Shown here piece after piece: positions 27,892 to 37,322 of a stretch of 64,000 nucleotides of DNA. The stretch covers positions 32,001-96,000 of the forward strand of contig JBBRSP010000004.1 of NCBI GenBank assembly GCA_038245295.1, given 5' to 3'. Source of the DNA: Candidatus Binatia bacterium. Lineage in GTDB: Bacteria; Desulfobacterota; Binatia; HRBIN30. Under the pieces are notes generated by a model. The model was not told where the DNA came from and searched no databases. It saw nothing but the letters and a program-made list of their open reading frames with translations. Every line of letters starts with the position of its first letter. Position 1 is the first letter of the stretch. The position numbers were made by a program, and so were the translations under genes.

Positions 27892-30273
27892 ATGGATGAT
27901 TCGCCGCGCGCTGGAATACTGGATGGGATCCGAATCGTAGAGATCGCCGGGTTGGCAACCGCGTACTGCGGGAAACTTTTGGCCGACATGGGAGCTACGG
28001 TTGCGTTGGTCGAGCCACCGGACGGCAGTCCGTGGCGTGCCATCGGTCCGTACCTCAAGAGCTCGGACGCTCGCGAGCGATCAGTCGCCTTCCGCCACTA
28101 CAACACCAACAAGCGTAGCATCGTCATCGATCCCACCACGCCGGCGGGCCGCAGTCGATTGCAGGATCTGGTCGACGCCGCCGATATCCTCATTGATGGG
28201 CGGCCGCTGCCGGCCAAATCCACGCCACCCGCTAACCCCGGCCTGATCCACATCAGCATCACACCGTTCGGAAGCAGCGGTCCACGACGCGCCTTGCGGG
28301 GCTCGGACCTCATCGCCCAGGCCAGCGGCGGCATGGCCTTCATCAACGGCTTTGCCGACACCGCGCCACTGCAGGGGTTCGGACCGCAGGCCTACCACAG
28401 CGGCGGACTGCACGGCGCCATCGCCGCATTGCTGGCATTGTTGCATCGTCAACGCAGCGGCCTTGGCCAGTTGGTCGATGTCAGCTTGCAGGAGTGCGTC
28501 GCCAACTGCGTCGAACACGCCAGCAGCATTTTCCATCACGAAGGTCGCGTTGCCGAGCGCCAGGGAGCGCTGCATTGGACACGCTACTTCCGCACCGGCC
28601 GCTGTCGTGACGGACACGTGATGCACTGCACACTCGGCGATTGGACCACTTTGTCCGAGTGGGTAAAGGCAAGCGGCAAGGGCGACGCTCTGAACGATCC
28701 GTTGTTCGATGATCCCGATTACCGCAAGCGCGAATGCGAGCGCCTGTTCGATGTGCTGGACGGTTGGGCACTCGACTTAGACGCCAACGATCTGGTCGGG
28801 ACTGCACAGCTCCTGCGTCTGCCGTTCGCCATCGTCGAACCGCCGGAGCGTATCCTCACCAACGAACAACTGATCGGACGTGCCTACTTCGTCGACTCGC
28901 CCTCAGAGGATGGCGGACAAAGCCTGCGCCACCCCGGCGCTCCCTACGTGTTCAACAGCAGCCCGTGGACTCTGCGCCAGGCGGCGCCGAAACTCGACCA
29001 GGATCGCGACCTCTCCTGGGAGCCGCGTGGCAGCGTTTCAGTCATCGCACCCGGCCATGTCGAGCCAACGGCGCGCGCACTCGACGGCATCCGTGTGCTC
29101 GATTTCACCTGGGTCGTGGCTGGACCGTTGTGCACGCGCATCCTCGGCGACCACGGCGCCGAGGTCATCAAGATCGAACGCCACAACGCCACCGACTTTG
29201 GCAGCCGCCGCGGCGGTCTCACCGGCAATCTCAATCGTGGCAAACACAGCCTGGTGCTCAACATGGCCACGCCACGCGGTGTCGCTCTGGCACGCGATCT
29301 GGCGGCCCGTTGCGACGTGGTCGTCGACAACTTCAGTGCACGAGTGATGAAGAACTGGGGACTCGATTACGACAGCTTGCGGACTATCAAGCCCGACATC
29401 ATCGCCCTCAGCATGTCCGGCTTCGGGCACAGCGGCCCGCATCGCGACCACGTCAGTTACGGCCCAACGCTGCAGGCACTAAGTGGACATACACACCTGA
29501 TGCGCCATCCGGGCCGCCAGCTCGCCGGCTGGGGCTTCTCGTATTCCGATATGTCGGGTGGGTGCACGGGAGCCCTCGCCGTCCTGCTGGCGCTCTGGCA
29601 CCGGCGCAACTCGGGTGAGGGACAGTTCATCGACTTGTCGCAGTTCGAAAGTCTCGTGAGTCTGACCGGGCCATCGCTGCTCGCCCTCCTCAACGGCGGC
29701 ATCCCGACGATCGAAGCCGTCGGTAACCGCTCGCAAGAAGCGCCGGCGGCGCCACACGGCATCTATCGCTGCGCCGATGAGTCCCAGGCGGGGCTGCCGG
29801 CGGATCGCTGGTGCGCCATCGCCGTTTTCAGCGACGACGAATGGCACCGGCTGCGGCAGGCGATGGGTGACCCGGCGTGGACGAACGAGTCGCGCTTCGC
29901 GACGCTAGAGGAACGCCTACGCCATCAGAACGAGCTCGATGCATGTATGGAGTCGTGGACACGCCACCATGCCGCACCCGAGTTGATGGAGAGGCTGCAA
30001 GCAGCCGGCGTCACCGCCGCCGTCGTCGCCCACGCCGCCGATCTCTGCCGCGACGAACATCTGCAGGCGCGTGGGTACTGGCAACGTGTGGTTACGCCGG
30101 AAAATGAGACTCTCGAGTTCGACGGCCAACCATACCGAATGAGCGCCTCGCCGGGCCGCGTCACCGGCGCCGGACCACTGCTGGGTGAACACACCGATCA
30201 AATCCTGCAGCGCACCCTCGGTCTATCCCCGACGGACTGCACCAGCTTGCGCAGCGACGGGGTGGTTGCGTAA
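27892..30273 (+). CDS. Family III CoA-transferase (CaiB/BaiF) with two tandem domains
   Basis: Two repeats: LDGIRIVE..LADMGA..NTNKRS and LDGIRVLDF..LGDHGA..NRGKHS; both end in AP/GP.L motifs. Start set at ATG 27892. Confidence 0.9.
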   Translation: MDDSPRAGILDGIRIVEIAGLATAYCGKLLADMGATVALVEPPDGSPWRAIGPYLKSSDARERSVAFRHYNTNKRSIVIDPTTPAGRSRLQDLVDAADILIDGRPLPAKSTPPANPGLIHISITPFGSSGPRRALRGSDLIAQASGGMAFINGFADTAPLQGFGPQAYHSGGLHGAIAALLALLHRQRSGLGQLVDVSLQECVANCVEHASSIFHHEGRVAERQGALHWTRYFRTGRCRDGHVMHCTLGDWTTLSEWVKASGKGDALNDPLFDDPDYRKRECERLFDVLDGWALDLDANDLVGTAQLLRLPFAIVEPPERILTNEQLIGRAYFVDSPSEDGGQSLRHPGAPYVFNSSPWTLRQAAPKLDQDRDLSWEPRGSVSVIAPGHVEPTARALDGIRVLDFTWVVAGPLCTRILGDHGAEVIKIERHNATDFGSRRGGLTGNLNRGKHSLVLNMATPRGVALARDLAARCDVVVDNFSARVMKNWGLDYDSLRTIKPDIIALSMSGFGHSGPHRDHVSYGPTLQALSGHTHLMRHPGRQLAGWGFSYSDMSGGCTGALAVLLALWHRRNSGEGQFIDLSQFESLVSLTGPSLLALLNGGIPTIEAVGNRSQEAPAAPHGIYRCADESQAGLPADRWCAIAVFSDDEWHRLRQAMGDPAWTNESRFATLEERLRHQNELDACMESWTRHHAAPELMERLQAAGVTAAVVAHAADLCRDEHLQARGYWQRVVTPENETLEFDGQPYRMSASPGRVTGAGPLLGEHTDQILQRTLGLSPTDCTSLRSDGVVA

Positions 30274-30378
30274 CCGCTGGCTCGGAGAAATCGCCAACCG
30301 CATGAAGGAGACGGCATACGGTGCGCGTATCAAACGCGGGCGCAGGCAAGGGCGTGGGCGAAGGCACGGGGAGACGAG

Positions 30379-31752
30379 CTAGCGCTGACAGAACCGCAGC
30401 ACGAACGCTTCGAGGAGGATCTTCGGATCGTTGCGCGACGATTTGAAGCGTAGGTCGAGATCGGCCAAGTCGACGAGTGCTTTGCGCAGTCGAACCGAGG
30501 AGATCCGCGCCGCGTCCTGGAAGCGGCGAAACAGTACGAAGGGGTGGGCGCGCCCGAAGGCGTCGAGAGTTTCGCGGTCGACCTCCGGCAGCACGCGTGA
30601 CTGGAAGGCGTTGTACTGCACGTCGCCGCGCCAGATTCCACGCAGTGTTGTCTCCAGGCATTCGCGCGCCAGCAGCAACATGCGGACCTCGCGCGCCAGC
30701 ATACCCAACAGACGCAACGGCGGCTCGCCCTGGTCGAGCAAACCGCGCAGGAGTGGCAGGGCCCGCGCCACCTGACGCGTCGACAACGCCGCGGTGAAGT
30801 CGAAGATCCACGAAGCGGCCATATCCTGGAAGTTCATCCGCACATCGGCTTCGCTGATCTTCGCCCGATCACCGACGGCGAGACAGAGCTTCTCGAGCTC
30901 CGACGCTACCAATCCCACATCATTTCCGGCGCGGCGCAGCACCAGCTCCGTAGCCGCGGGCTCAAGCTGCTTGGCAAAATCGGCGCGAACAATTCGTTGG
31001 ATGAGACTATCGATCGATTCTTTGCCGAGCGCGCCGCTGCGTTCACGTTCGACGGCTAGCTCGACTACCGCACCTACCTCGCGCACGCGCTTGGTCAACT
31101 TTTTGCGCGCGTCGACCGCCGGCGCCGTCAGCAGAAGCACCGCATCGGACGGCATCCCAGCGTCGAGAAACTCCTGCAGTTGGCCACCCTCGTCGCGAAA
31201 CGCCGCGACCTTCATCTCACGTTGGCGACAAACCGCCTGAATGGCATCAAGCGCCGCGACCTCGTCGTCCTCGAGGCCATCGCCGAAGACTTCCTTGACG
31301 TGTGACTTCGGAGCCGTGGTCCAGGCCTTGGCAAGGAACTGTTCCTGCGCCCAACCCGCCATGGCAACCAGGGTCAGCATCTGCTCGGCCGCCTCGACCT
31401 GACGGCTGTCGGCCCAGGCGGCGAGCATTGTTTTGGTCAAATCGGAACGTTTCTCGCCGGAAAGGAACAAGGGTGTGTCGCGCAGCCAGACAACTTTGAC
31501 ACCCGCAAAGAAGCCGCGCATGCGAAGGCTATCGAGCACGGTGCCGAGCGGCGTCGACCGACCATCGTAAGTTTCCAGGTTGAAGGATCGCGATGCCTCG
31601 GGCACCAGGGCTTCGGCAACGGCGTGGGCGGCCGCGTTGCTGAGGAACGATTCGCCGGCAAAAACGTAGATGCTCTTGAACTTGCCTGAGGCGGCATCGT
31701 TGACGAGCGCCGCCACATCCGCCGGGAGACTGGTTGTCGTTGCCGCCGCCAT
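30379..31752 (-). CDS. holA: DNA polymerase III delta subunit
   Basis: IYVFAGESFL, FNLETYDG, VDARKKL, SELEKL, IFDF, DLRFKSS pattern; carries an internal insertion. Confidence 0.85.
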   Translation of the reverse strand: MAAATTTSLPADVAALVNDAASGKFKSIYVFAGESFLSNAAAHAVAEALVPEASRSFNLETYDGRSTPLGTVLDSLRMRGFFAGVKVVWLRDTPLFLSGEKRSDLTKTMLAAWADSRQVEAAEQMLTLVAMAGWAQEQFLAKAWTTAPKSHVKEVFGDGLEDDEVAALDAIQAVCRQREMKVAAFRDEGGQLQEFLDAGMPSDAVLLLTAPAVDARKKLTKRVREVGAVVELAVERERSGALGKESIDSLIQRIVRADFAKQLEPAATELVLRRAGNDVGLVASELEKLCLAVGDRAKISEADVRMNFQDMAASWIFDFTAALSTRQVARALPLLRGLLDQGEPPLRLLGMLAREVRMLLLARECLETTLRGIWRGDVQYNAFQSRVLPEVDRETLDAFGRAHPFVLFRRFQDAARISSVRLRKALVDLADLDLRFKSSRNDPKILLEAFVLRFCQR

Positions 31753-31795
31753 GGGTGGGCTATAGATGATCCACTAGCTGATTCCACCTCACACT

Positions 31796-31918
31796 GAGCC
31801 TCAGCCGCTGGCTGTGCCCTTGCCTTTCAACGGTGGAAGGCTGGGGCACGGGCTGAGGCTAAGGCTTGGGGTTGGGGTTGGGGTTGGGGTTGGGGTTGGG
31901 CAAAGGCTTAGGCATAGG
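31796..31918. repeat. Hexamer-periodic palindromic intergenic element containing (TTGGGG)5 TTGGG
   Basis: GAGCCTCAGCC..TGTGCCCTTGCCT / AGGCTGGGGCA..GGCTGAGGCT arms; perfect TTGGGG tandem at 31866-31900; related copy at 58047-58124. Confidence 0.8.
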
Positions 31919-31923
31919 ATGAA

Positions 31924-33018
31924 TTGACACCCACGGACGCCGCCGATACGCCTAAGCCGATGCCTTCTACAGATTCCTCCGCCGCGCCGACGATGCGCGG
32001 CTTCATGCTGCTGCAGCCCGGACAGCTCGAGTTCCGCGAGGTGCCACGACCAGTGGCCGGGCCCGGGGAAGTTGTCCTGCGGGTGCGCACGGCGCTGACG
32101 TGCGGCACCGACATCAAGTTTTTCTTGCGCGGCCACCCGAAGTTCAAGTTGCCGACGCTGTTCGGTCACGAGTTCTCCGGCGAAATCGCCGCCGTGGGCA
32201 GCGGCGTCAACGGCTTTCGTGAGGGCGACGCGGTGATGGTCGCCCCTACAGCGCCGTGCGGCCATTGCTTCTTTTGCCAGCGACAACAGGAGAACCTGTG
32301 CGACACGATTATGGAGACGATGGTTCACGGGGCCTACGCTGACTTCGTGAGGCTACCCGAACGCATCGTTCGCCAGAACATGTTCCATAAGCCGGCGGGT
32401 TTGGGGTTTGACGTAGCGGCGCTGTTGGAACCGTTGTCGTGTGTCATGCACGGGCTCGAGTTCGTCCCGTTGCGGCCGGACGACTCGGTGCTGTTGATCG
32501 GTGCCGGAGCGATCAGCTTGCTGCATCTCCTGGCGCTGAAGGCGCTCGGTGTCGAACATGTCGCCGTGCTCGGTCGGTCGGCGGAGCGGGCACAGCATGC
32601 ACGTGAACTGGGTGCCGCCGCGGTATTCAGCGGCGGGCATGCCGCCGCGACCGAAGACGTGCGCGCCTTTACCAACGGGCGTGGTGCCGACGTGGTGATC
32701 GAGTGCACGGGACAAGTCGATGTCTGGGAAGCGGCACCGGGCTTCGCTCGCCGTGGCGGCACGGTGGTGTTGTTCGGCGGCTGCATTCCCGGAACCCATG
32801 TCCGCCTCGACACGCAGCGATTTCACTACGACCAACTGCGCATCGTCAGCCCGTTCCACTTCACCCCACGCGCGGTACGCCGCTCATTCGAGTTGATCAC
32901 CGGGGATCACTTCAAGGGCGCAGCCTTGATCTCCGGGCACTATCCTCTCGACCAGTTGACGGCAGCGCTCGACAAACATCGCAGCGGTGCCGGAATCAAA
33001 TTCGCGGTGGAGCCATGA
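31924..33018 (+). CDS. Zn-dependent medium-chain dehydrogenase (threonine/sorbitol DH-like)
   Basis: CGTD, GHE, CxxCxxC-x7-C, EP. Start uncertain (31924, 31960 or 31993). Confidence 0.9.
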   Translation: MTPTDAADTPKPMPSTDSSAAPTMRGFMLLQPGQLEFREVPRPVAGPGEVVLRVRTALTCGTDIKFFLRGHPKFKLPTLFGHEFSGEIAAVGSGVNGFREGDAVMVAPTAPCGHCFFCQRQQENLCDTIMETMVHGAYADFVRLPERIVRQNMFHKPAGLGFDVAALLEPLSCVMHGLEFVPLRPDDSVLLIGAGAISLLHLLALKALGVEHVAVLGRSAERAQHARELGAAAVFSGGHAAATEDVRAFTNGRGADVVIECTGQVDVWEAAPGFARRGGTVVLFGGCIPGTHVRLDTQRFHYDQLRIVSPFHFTPRAVRRSFELITGDHFKGAALISGHYPLDQLTAALDKHRSGAGIKFAVEP

Positions 33019-34040
33019 AGGTCGCGCGCATCTACGATTTCCTCGATGTCCGCATCGAAGAAGAGGCAACCCCCAAACCGGGTCCACGCGAAGCATTGGT
33101 GCGGACACGTGCCTGCGGCGTCTGCTCCGGCGACGTCGTGCCCTGGTACATTCGCAAGAAGGCGCCGCTGGTATTCGGCCACGAGCCGGCCGGCGAAATC
33201 GTCGAGGTCGGCGCCGAGGTCACACACGTACGCCCCGGAGATCGGGTTTTCGCGCACCATCACGCCCCCTGCTTCCAATGCCGAGCCTGTGCGCGCGGGG
33301 AATACGTTCAATGCACGACGTGGCGGGCCTCGAAGATCATCCCGGGCGGCATGGCCGAGTATTTCCTCATTCCCGAGGTCAACTTATTCGGCGATACGCT
33401 GGTGTTGCCCGATTCGGTGAGCGACGAAGATGGCGCCCTGGTGGAGCCGACCGCGTGCGTCGTCAAATCGCTGCGCCGCGCCGGACGCATCGAGGGCAGC
33501 TCGGTATTCATCATCGGACTCGGCATCATGGGGCAGCTGCACGTGCTGCTGGCGCGCCATCTGGGCGCCAAACGAATCATCGCGACGGATCTCGTGGCAT
33601 CCCGCTGCGCGCACGCGCGGGGCCTGGGCGCCGACGATCTCATCGACGCATCGCAAAGCGATGTTGCCGAGGCGGTCTCAGAACTAACAAAGGGTGAAGG
33701 CGCCGAGATCGTCATCGCCGGCCCGGCCACCACCGATGCCATCACTCTAGCGATGAAGTGCGTGGCTCGCGGCGGCACCGTCGTGCAATTCATGGGTACG
33801 CCGCCAGGGCAACTCCTGTCCCTCGACACCAATGATTTCTACTTCCGCGAAGTGCGACTGGTGCCAAGCTACTCCTGCGGCCCCGAAGAGACTCGGGCCG
33901 CCTTGCGTTACATCGCCGACGGAGCGGTGCGCGCCAAACATGTCGTCACGCATCGGTTCAACTTGGACGAAGCCGCCACGGCCTACCGTACGGCGGCCGA
34001 AGACAAGAGCGCCATCAAGACGATGGTCGGGTTCGACTGA
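33015..34040 (+). CDS. Zn-dependent medium-chain dehydrogenase, second tandem copy
   Basis: CSGD, GHE, CFQCRAC-x7-C, GLGIMG; ATGA overlap with the upstream stop. Confidence 0.9.
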   Translation: MKVARIYDFLDVRIEEEATPKPGPREALVRTRACGVCSGDVVPWYIRKKAPLVFGHEPAGEIVEVGAEVTHVRPGDRVFAHHHAPCFQCRACARGEYVQCTTWRASKIIPGGMAEYFLIPEVNLFGDTLVLPDSVSDEDGALVEPTACVVKSLRRAGRIEGSSVFIIGLGIMGQLHVLLARHLGAKRIIATDLVASRCAHARGLGADDLIDASQSDVAEAVSELTKGEGAEIVIAGPATTDAITLAMKCVARGGTVVQFMGTPPGQLLSLDTNDFYFREVRLVPSYSCGPEETRAALRYIADGAVRAKHVVTHRFNLDEAATAYRTAAEDKSAIKTMVGFD

Positions 34041-34066
34041 CCCGTCGCCCCTCCGACCGTGAATGC

Positions 34067-34102
34067 AAAACGGGGCGACTCCTTGCGGAGCCGCCCCGTT
34101 TT
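34067..34102. terminator. Bidirectional intrinsic terminator between convergent genes
   Basis: AAAA-CGGGGCGACTCC-TTGC-GGAGCCGCCCCG-TTTT; on the minus strand it forms a full stem with a GCAA tetraloop. Confidence 0.88.
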
Positions 34103-34125
34103 ATCGTTGCTCTGAGAACTCAGAA

Positions 34126-34377
34126 CTACTTGTGCATCTTCTTGGCGAAGATTGCTTCGCACTTCTGAGCCGCAGCATCAGCGCGCTGAGCCGCATCCGC
34201 AGCAGCCTTCGCGGCCTGCTCGGCCTTGCTCGCAGCCGCCTCAGCCTTGCTGGCCGCAGCGTCGATGCGCGCCATATCAGCGGCGTTCGCCTTCTGCTCG
34301 CAACCAGAGGTCAGTGCAGCCACAGCCACCAGACTGAAAGCAGCAACAGCAGCCTTTGTGTTTTTCCCGAATCGCAT
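34126..34377 (-). CDS. Lpp/OprI-like alanine-zipper lipoprotein
   Basis: GGAGGAGG RBS; lipobox LTSGC; heptad Ala-rich coiled coil; ends KKMHK. Confidence 0.85.
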   Translation of the reverse strand: MRFGKNTKAAVAAFSLVAVAALTSGCEQKANAADMARIDAAASKAEAAASKAEQAAKAAADAAQRADAAAQKCEAIFAKKMHK

Positions 34378-34472
34378 AGTTTTCACCTCCTCCTATCAGG
34401 GTTGCAAAACCGAACCGGGAAACCCGGCGTTACGGCTCGTGGCAGTCACCACGGACCGGCTCTCGGTCGTAC

Positions 34473-34709
34473 TTACTTTCTACCCGGCTTGTAACCGGCA
34501 GCAGCCTTGTCGGCCGCCGCGGAAGCCTTGGCCGCGGCGTCAGCAGCACTGCGCGCCGCGGCTTCCGCCTTGGTCGCCGCCGCATCGGCACGCCCAGCCG
34601 CAGCCTCGATCCTCGAAATCTGTTCGGGGCTGATCAACGGCTTGCTCGCGCAAGCGGCGAGTCCCGTGGCGAGAGCGAAGCCTGCCACTGCGATCTGAAT
34701 CTTCCTCAT
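34473..34709 (-). CDS. Lpp/OprI-like alanine-zipper lipoprotein, second copy
   Basis: AAGGAG RBS; lipobox LAAC; RIEAAAGRADAAATKAEAAA zipper; ends YKPGRK. Confidence 0.82.
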   Translation of the reverse strand: MRKIQIAVAGFALATGLAACASKPLISPEQISRIEAAAGRADAAATKAEAAARSAADAAAKASAAADKAAAGYKPGRK

Positions 34710-34833
34710 CTGTTATCTCCTTCCCCCCACGTGGCGCTCTTGCCTACGGGATTGCGGGGTTGATTGCACAAAAAGTTGTTCATCGCAAGGCAGGCATTAG
34801 TCGGCTGCGCCGAAATTTCGTCCGCGCACCGAC

Positions 34834-35748
34834 TCAGAAATGGACGATAACTGTTCCCGATGGCGGCTGGCCAGGCGGCGCGACTTGATAGACACGCAAC
34901 GGTTGGGTGTTGGTGTAAACGTCGAGCGACAGGTGATCGGCCAAGGGCTGGTCTGGAGGTGCGGCACCCAAATCGCCACTGGCTGGTCCGCGCTCACCGT
35001 CAGCGGGAGCACCGGGAACGTCATTGGCATTGATCAGGCGGCCGGACAGAACAGGATGGAGGACGTTGAGACCGTCACGCTTGCCGGTTCCGACGAGGGT
35101 CACGCCGTCGTAATAGACGTGTGCCGCCTCGTCCGTCAGCCTAGTCGGTGCCGAAGGTAGGCCGCCTTTTTTGACACGCGTCAGCATCTGCGGACCGACG
35201 CGCACGGCGCCGCCGCCCATCACCGAGGTCTTGCCGACAACCTGCACTTCTTCCGAAATGCCGAAAATTTCGGTGACATCCTCGGCTGGGTTGAAGGACG
35301 CGATAAACTCCGTGCCGCGAACGCCGGCAACCGCGGTCGGCGTTTCGATCTCGTAGCGCGCCCGCGATTCGCGGTAGACGCTGCTCACCGAGGCTCGCAG
35401 CTTTCCGTAAAAGAGCCGCAGGGAGGATTGCACCTTATTTGCGGCCGTATCGAAGATCTGGTCGTCGAGAACAAATTCCGTACCCGGGGCGACATCGAGG
35501 GTAGAGTCATCGCGAAAGACGACTCTGGCACGATCCGTTGCGCCCGTGCGAATGCGATCTCCGACCCGCATTCCGAGGCCGATTGTCGCTTCCTGCCAAG
35601 CACCACGACGCTGCAGTTGAGCCTTCCCCTGGACAGCGACAATGGTCCCGGCATCCGGTTCGGCAGCCTCAGCGAGGCGACCCAGCCCGAGCAGCAGGAA
35701 GGAACCAAGCAACATCCACACTCGTTTTGATCCGGCTTTCATCGGCAT
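34834..35748 (-). CDS. Exported FecR-domain protein
   Basis: Signal peptide; GDRIRTG, F.DDS.L, G.LRA, EIETPTAVAGVRGTEF. Confidence 0.88.
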   Translation of the reverse strand: MPMKAGSKRVWMLLGSFLLLGLGRLAEAAEPDAGTIVAVQGKAQLQRRGAWQEATIGLGMRVGDRIRTGATDRARVVFRDDSTLDVAPGTEFVLDDQIFDTAANKVQSSLRLFYGKLRASVSSVYRESRARYEIETPTAVAGVRGTEFIASFNPAEDVTEIFGISEEVQVVGKTSVMGGGAVRVGPQMLTRVKKGGLPSAPTRLTDEAAHVYYDGVTLVGTGKRDGLNVLHPVLSGRLINANDVPGAPADGERGPASGDLGAAPPDQPLADHLSLDVYTNTQPLRVYQVAPPGQPPSGTVIVHF

Positions 35749-35753
35749 CTCCG

Positions 35754-37322
35754 CTAGTACGCCAGCTGCAATCCTGCCGCAACGATGTGGCGATCGTACT
35801 CGAAGTCTTGCAGGTTCGATCCGTTGAAGATTCCGATGTAGCTCAGTGTCGTGCTCAGGTAGTCCGTAACCGGATGCGCAATCGACAAGGCAACGCGTTG
35901 TCCGTCATCCGTGCGTTTGGCAAAGACGCCGCGATTCGGGTTGTCGTAGTTATCGCGCTTGTAGGTGTAGCCTGCCTGCAGCACGCCCCAGTCGTAAATC
36001 GGCATCGCAAACTGCACGTCGATCTGGTTTCCCTTGTACTGGAAATCCCGCCCCATCGGCCCGTTCGAAATCGTATCTTCGATGTCGTATTGGTATCCAA
36101 TCGACAGCCGGCGATCCGGGGCACCCAGGGCGAAGTACTGCTTGAAACCAAAGGCGTGATTGATCGCGTCACGACCAGGATTGTACGGAGCGTCCAGAAA
36201 ATCACGACCGCGAATCGTGTAGTAGGCTTGCGTCGCCGTCCAGTCGTTCTCCGCGACGGTAATCCACGGCGTGCCAAGCGCTTCCTGATAGAAGGACGAG
36301 AAGTCGAGGAGGAAATAATTGTAGTTGCCGACCACACCGTAGGTAAGAAAGCCGGGGCGCGATTGGAAGCTGGCGCGCAGGGAATGCCCCTGCAAGTCGA
36401 AGTCACTCTCTGAGAAATGCACGCTCTGATAGAAGTCGTAGGAAACATCCAGGAGCCAATCCGGGGAATCGAGCACGTCGAAGGTGCCGCCGAAGCGGAA
36501 CACGGCTCGTCCATCAGACTTCCCACTATCCTTCAGTCGGACTGTCGAATCGTTCGGCGAAGCGGAGACGTTGCTGTCGTACTCGAATCCAACCCCGGCA
36601 CGCAGGTGCCACGGCCCGGTCGACTCGGGCATCGTTGCCTGGCTACTTACCGACTCGCCCCCCAGATAACGCTGGGACGCCGAACCGATTTCGGACTGCG
36701 GTAACTCCTTCGCGGTTTGCTCGAGCTCGGTGCGTGCCGCGCTCTGCTTGCCTTGTCTCGTCAACGCCAATCCGGCGTAGTAATGGGCAGCGGCGCGCAA
36801 CTCCGGATCGTTCTCGGCCTCCTTGAATGACCGCACAGCGGCATCCAGCTCGCCCAGGCGCAACTGGCAGAGTCCCAGGAAAAACGCCGCACTGGTGCGC
36901 TCATTGCCCTGCTTGTAGGCGCGTTCCAATGCATCCTTCGCTTCGACTGTGTTGCCGGCACTGAATTGGGCGACGCCCAAATCCAGGTAGGCATGCGGCA
37001 GGTTCTCATCGATGGTCAACGCTTGCCGCACGTCCGCAACGGCGGCATCAACTTCGCCACGCCGAGCGCGCGTCAAACCGCGGTAATAGATCGCCAGGGC
37101 ATCACGCGAATCGGCCTGCACCGCGTCGTTGAAGAATTGCAGAGCTTGATCCCATTGCCCGGCATTGAACGGAACCAGGCCGCGTGAGTAGAGCGCCTGC
37201 GATCGCGGACTTGCCTGCGCGGTGGTGTGCCAGAACACTCCGCCACCGAGCGCGACGACAGCGCACAACAACCATTTCCCCACATCCGACCTCACACTCA
37301 TCTCCGTTGCGGCATGCCTCAT
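35754..37322 (-). CDS. TPR-repeat outer-membrane beta-barrel protein (Slam/DUF560-like architecture)
   Basis: Signal peptide; several TPRs; barrel begins [11 protein letters not shown]; aromatic-alternating strands; C-terminal beta-signal AGLQLAY. Confidence 0.8.
   Translation of the reverse strand: MRHAATEMSVRSDVGKWLLCAVVALGGGVFWHTTAQASPRSQALYSRGLVPFNAGQWDQALQFFNDAVQADSRDALAIYYRGLTRARRGEVDAAVADVRQALTIDENLPHAYLDLGVAQFSAGNTVEAKDALERAYKQGNERTSAAFFLGLCQLRLGELDAAVRSFKEAENDPELRAAAHYYAGLALTRQGKQSAARTELEQTAKELPQSEIGSASQRYLGGESVSSQATMPESTGPWHLRAGVGFEYDSNVSASPNDSTVRLKDSGKSDGRAVFRFGGTFDVLDSPDWLLDVSYDFYQSVHFSESDFDLQGHSLRASFQSRPGFLTYGVVGNYNYFLLDFSSFYQEALGTPWITVAENDWTATQAYYTIRGRDFLDAPYNPGRDAINHAFGFKQYFALGAPDRRLSIGYQYDIEDTISNGPMGRDFQYKGNQIDVQFAMPIYDWGVLQAGYTYKRDNYDNPNRGVFAKRTDDGQRVALSIAHPVTDYLSTTLSYIGIFNGSNLQDFEYDRHIVAAGLQLAY

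Noticed and set aside
31801..32328. Minus-strand ORF ending in PTPTPTPT, resembling another stalk protein
   Set aside because: Antisense to the dehydrogenase; the PT run is just the (TTGGGG)n tract read backwards and there is no signal peptide.
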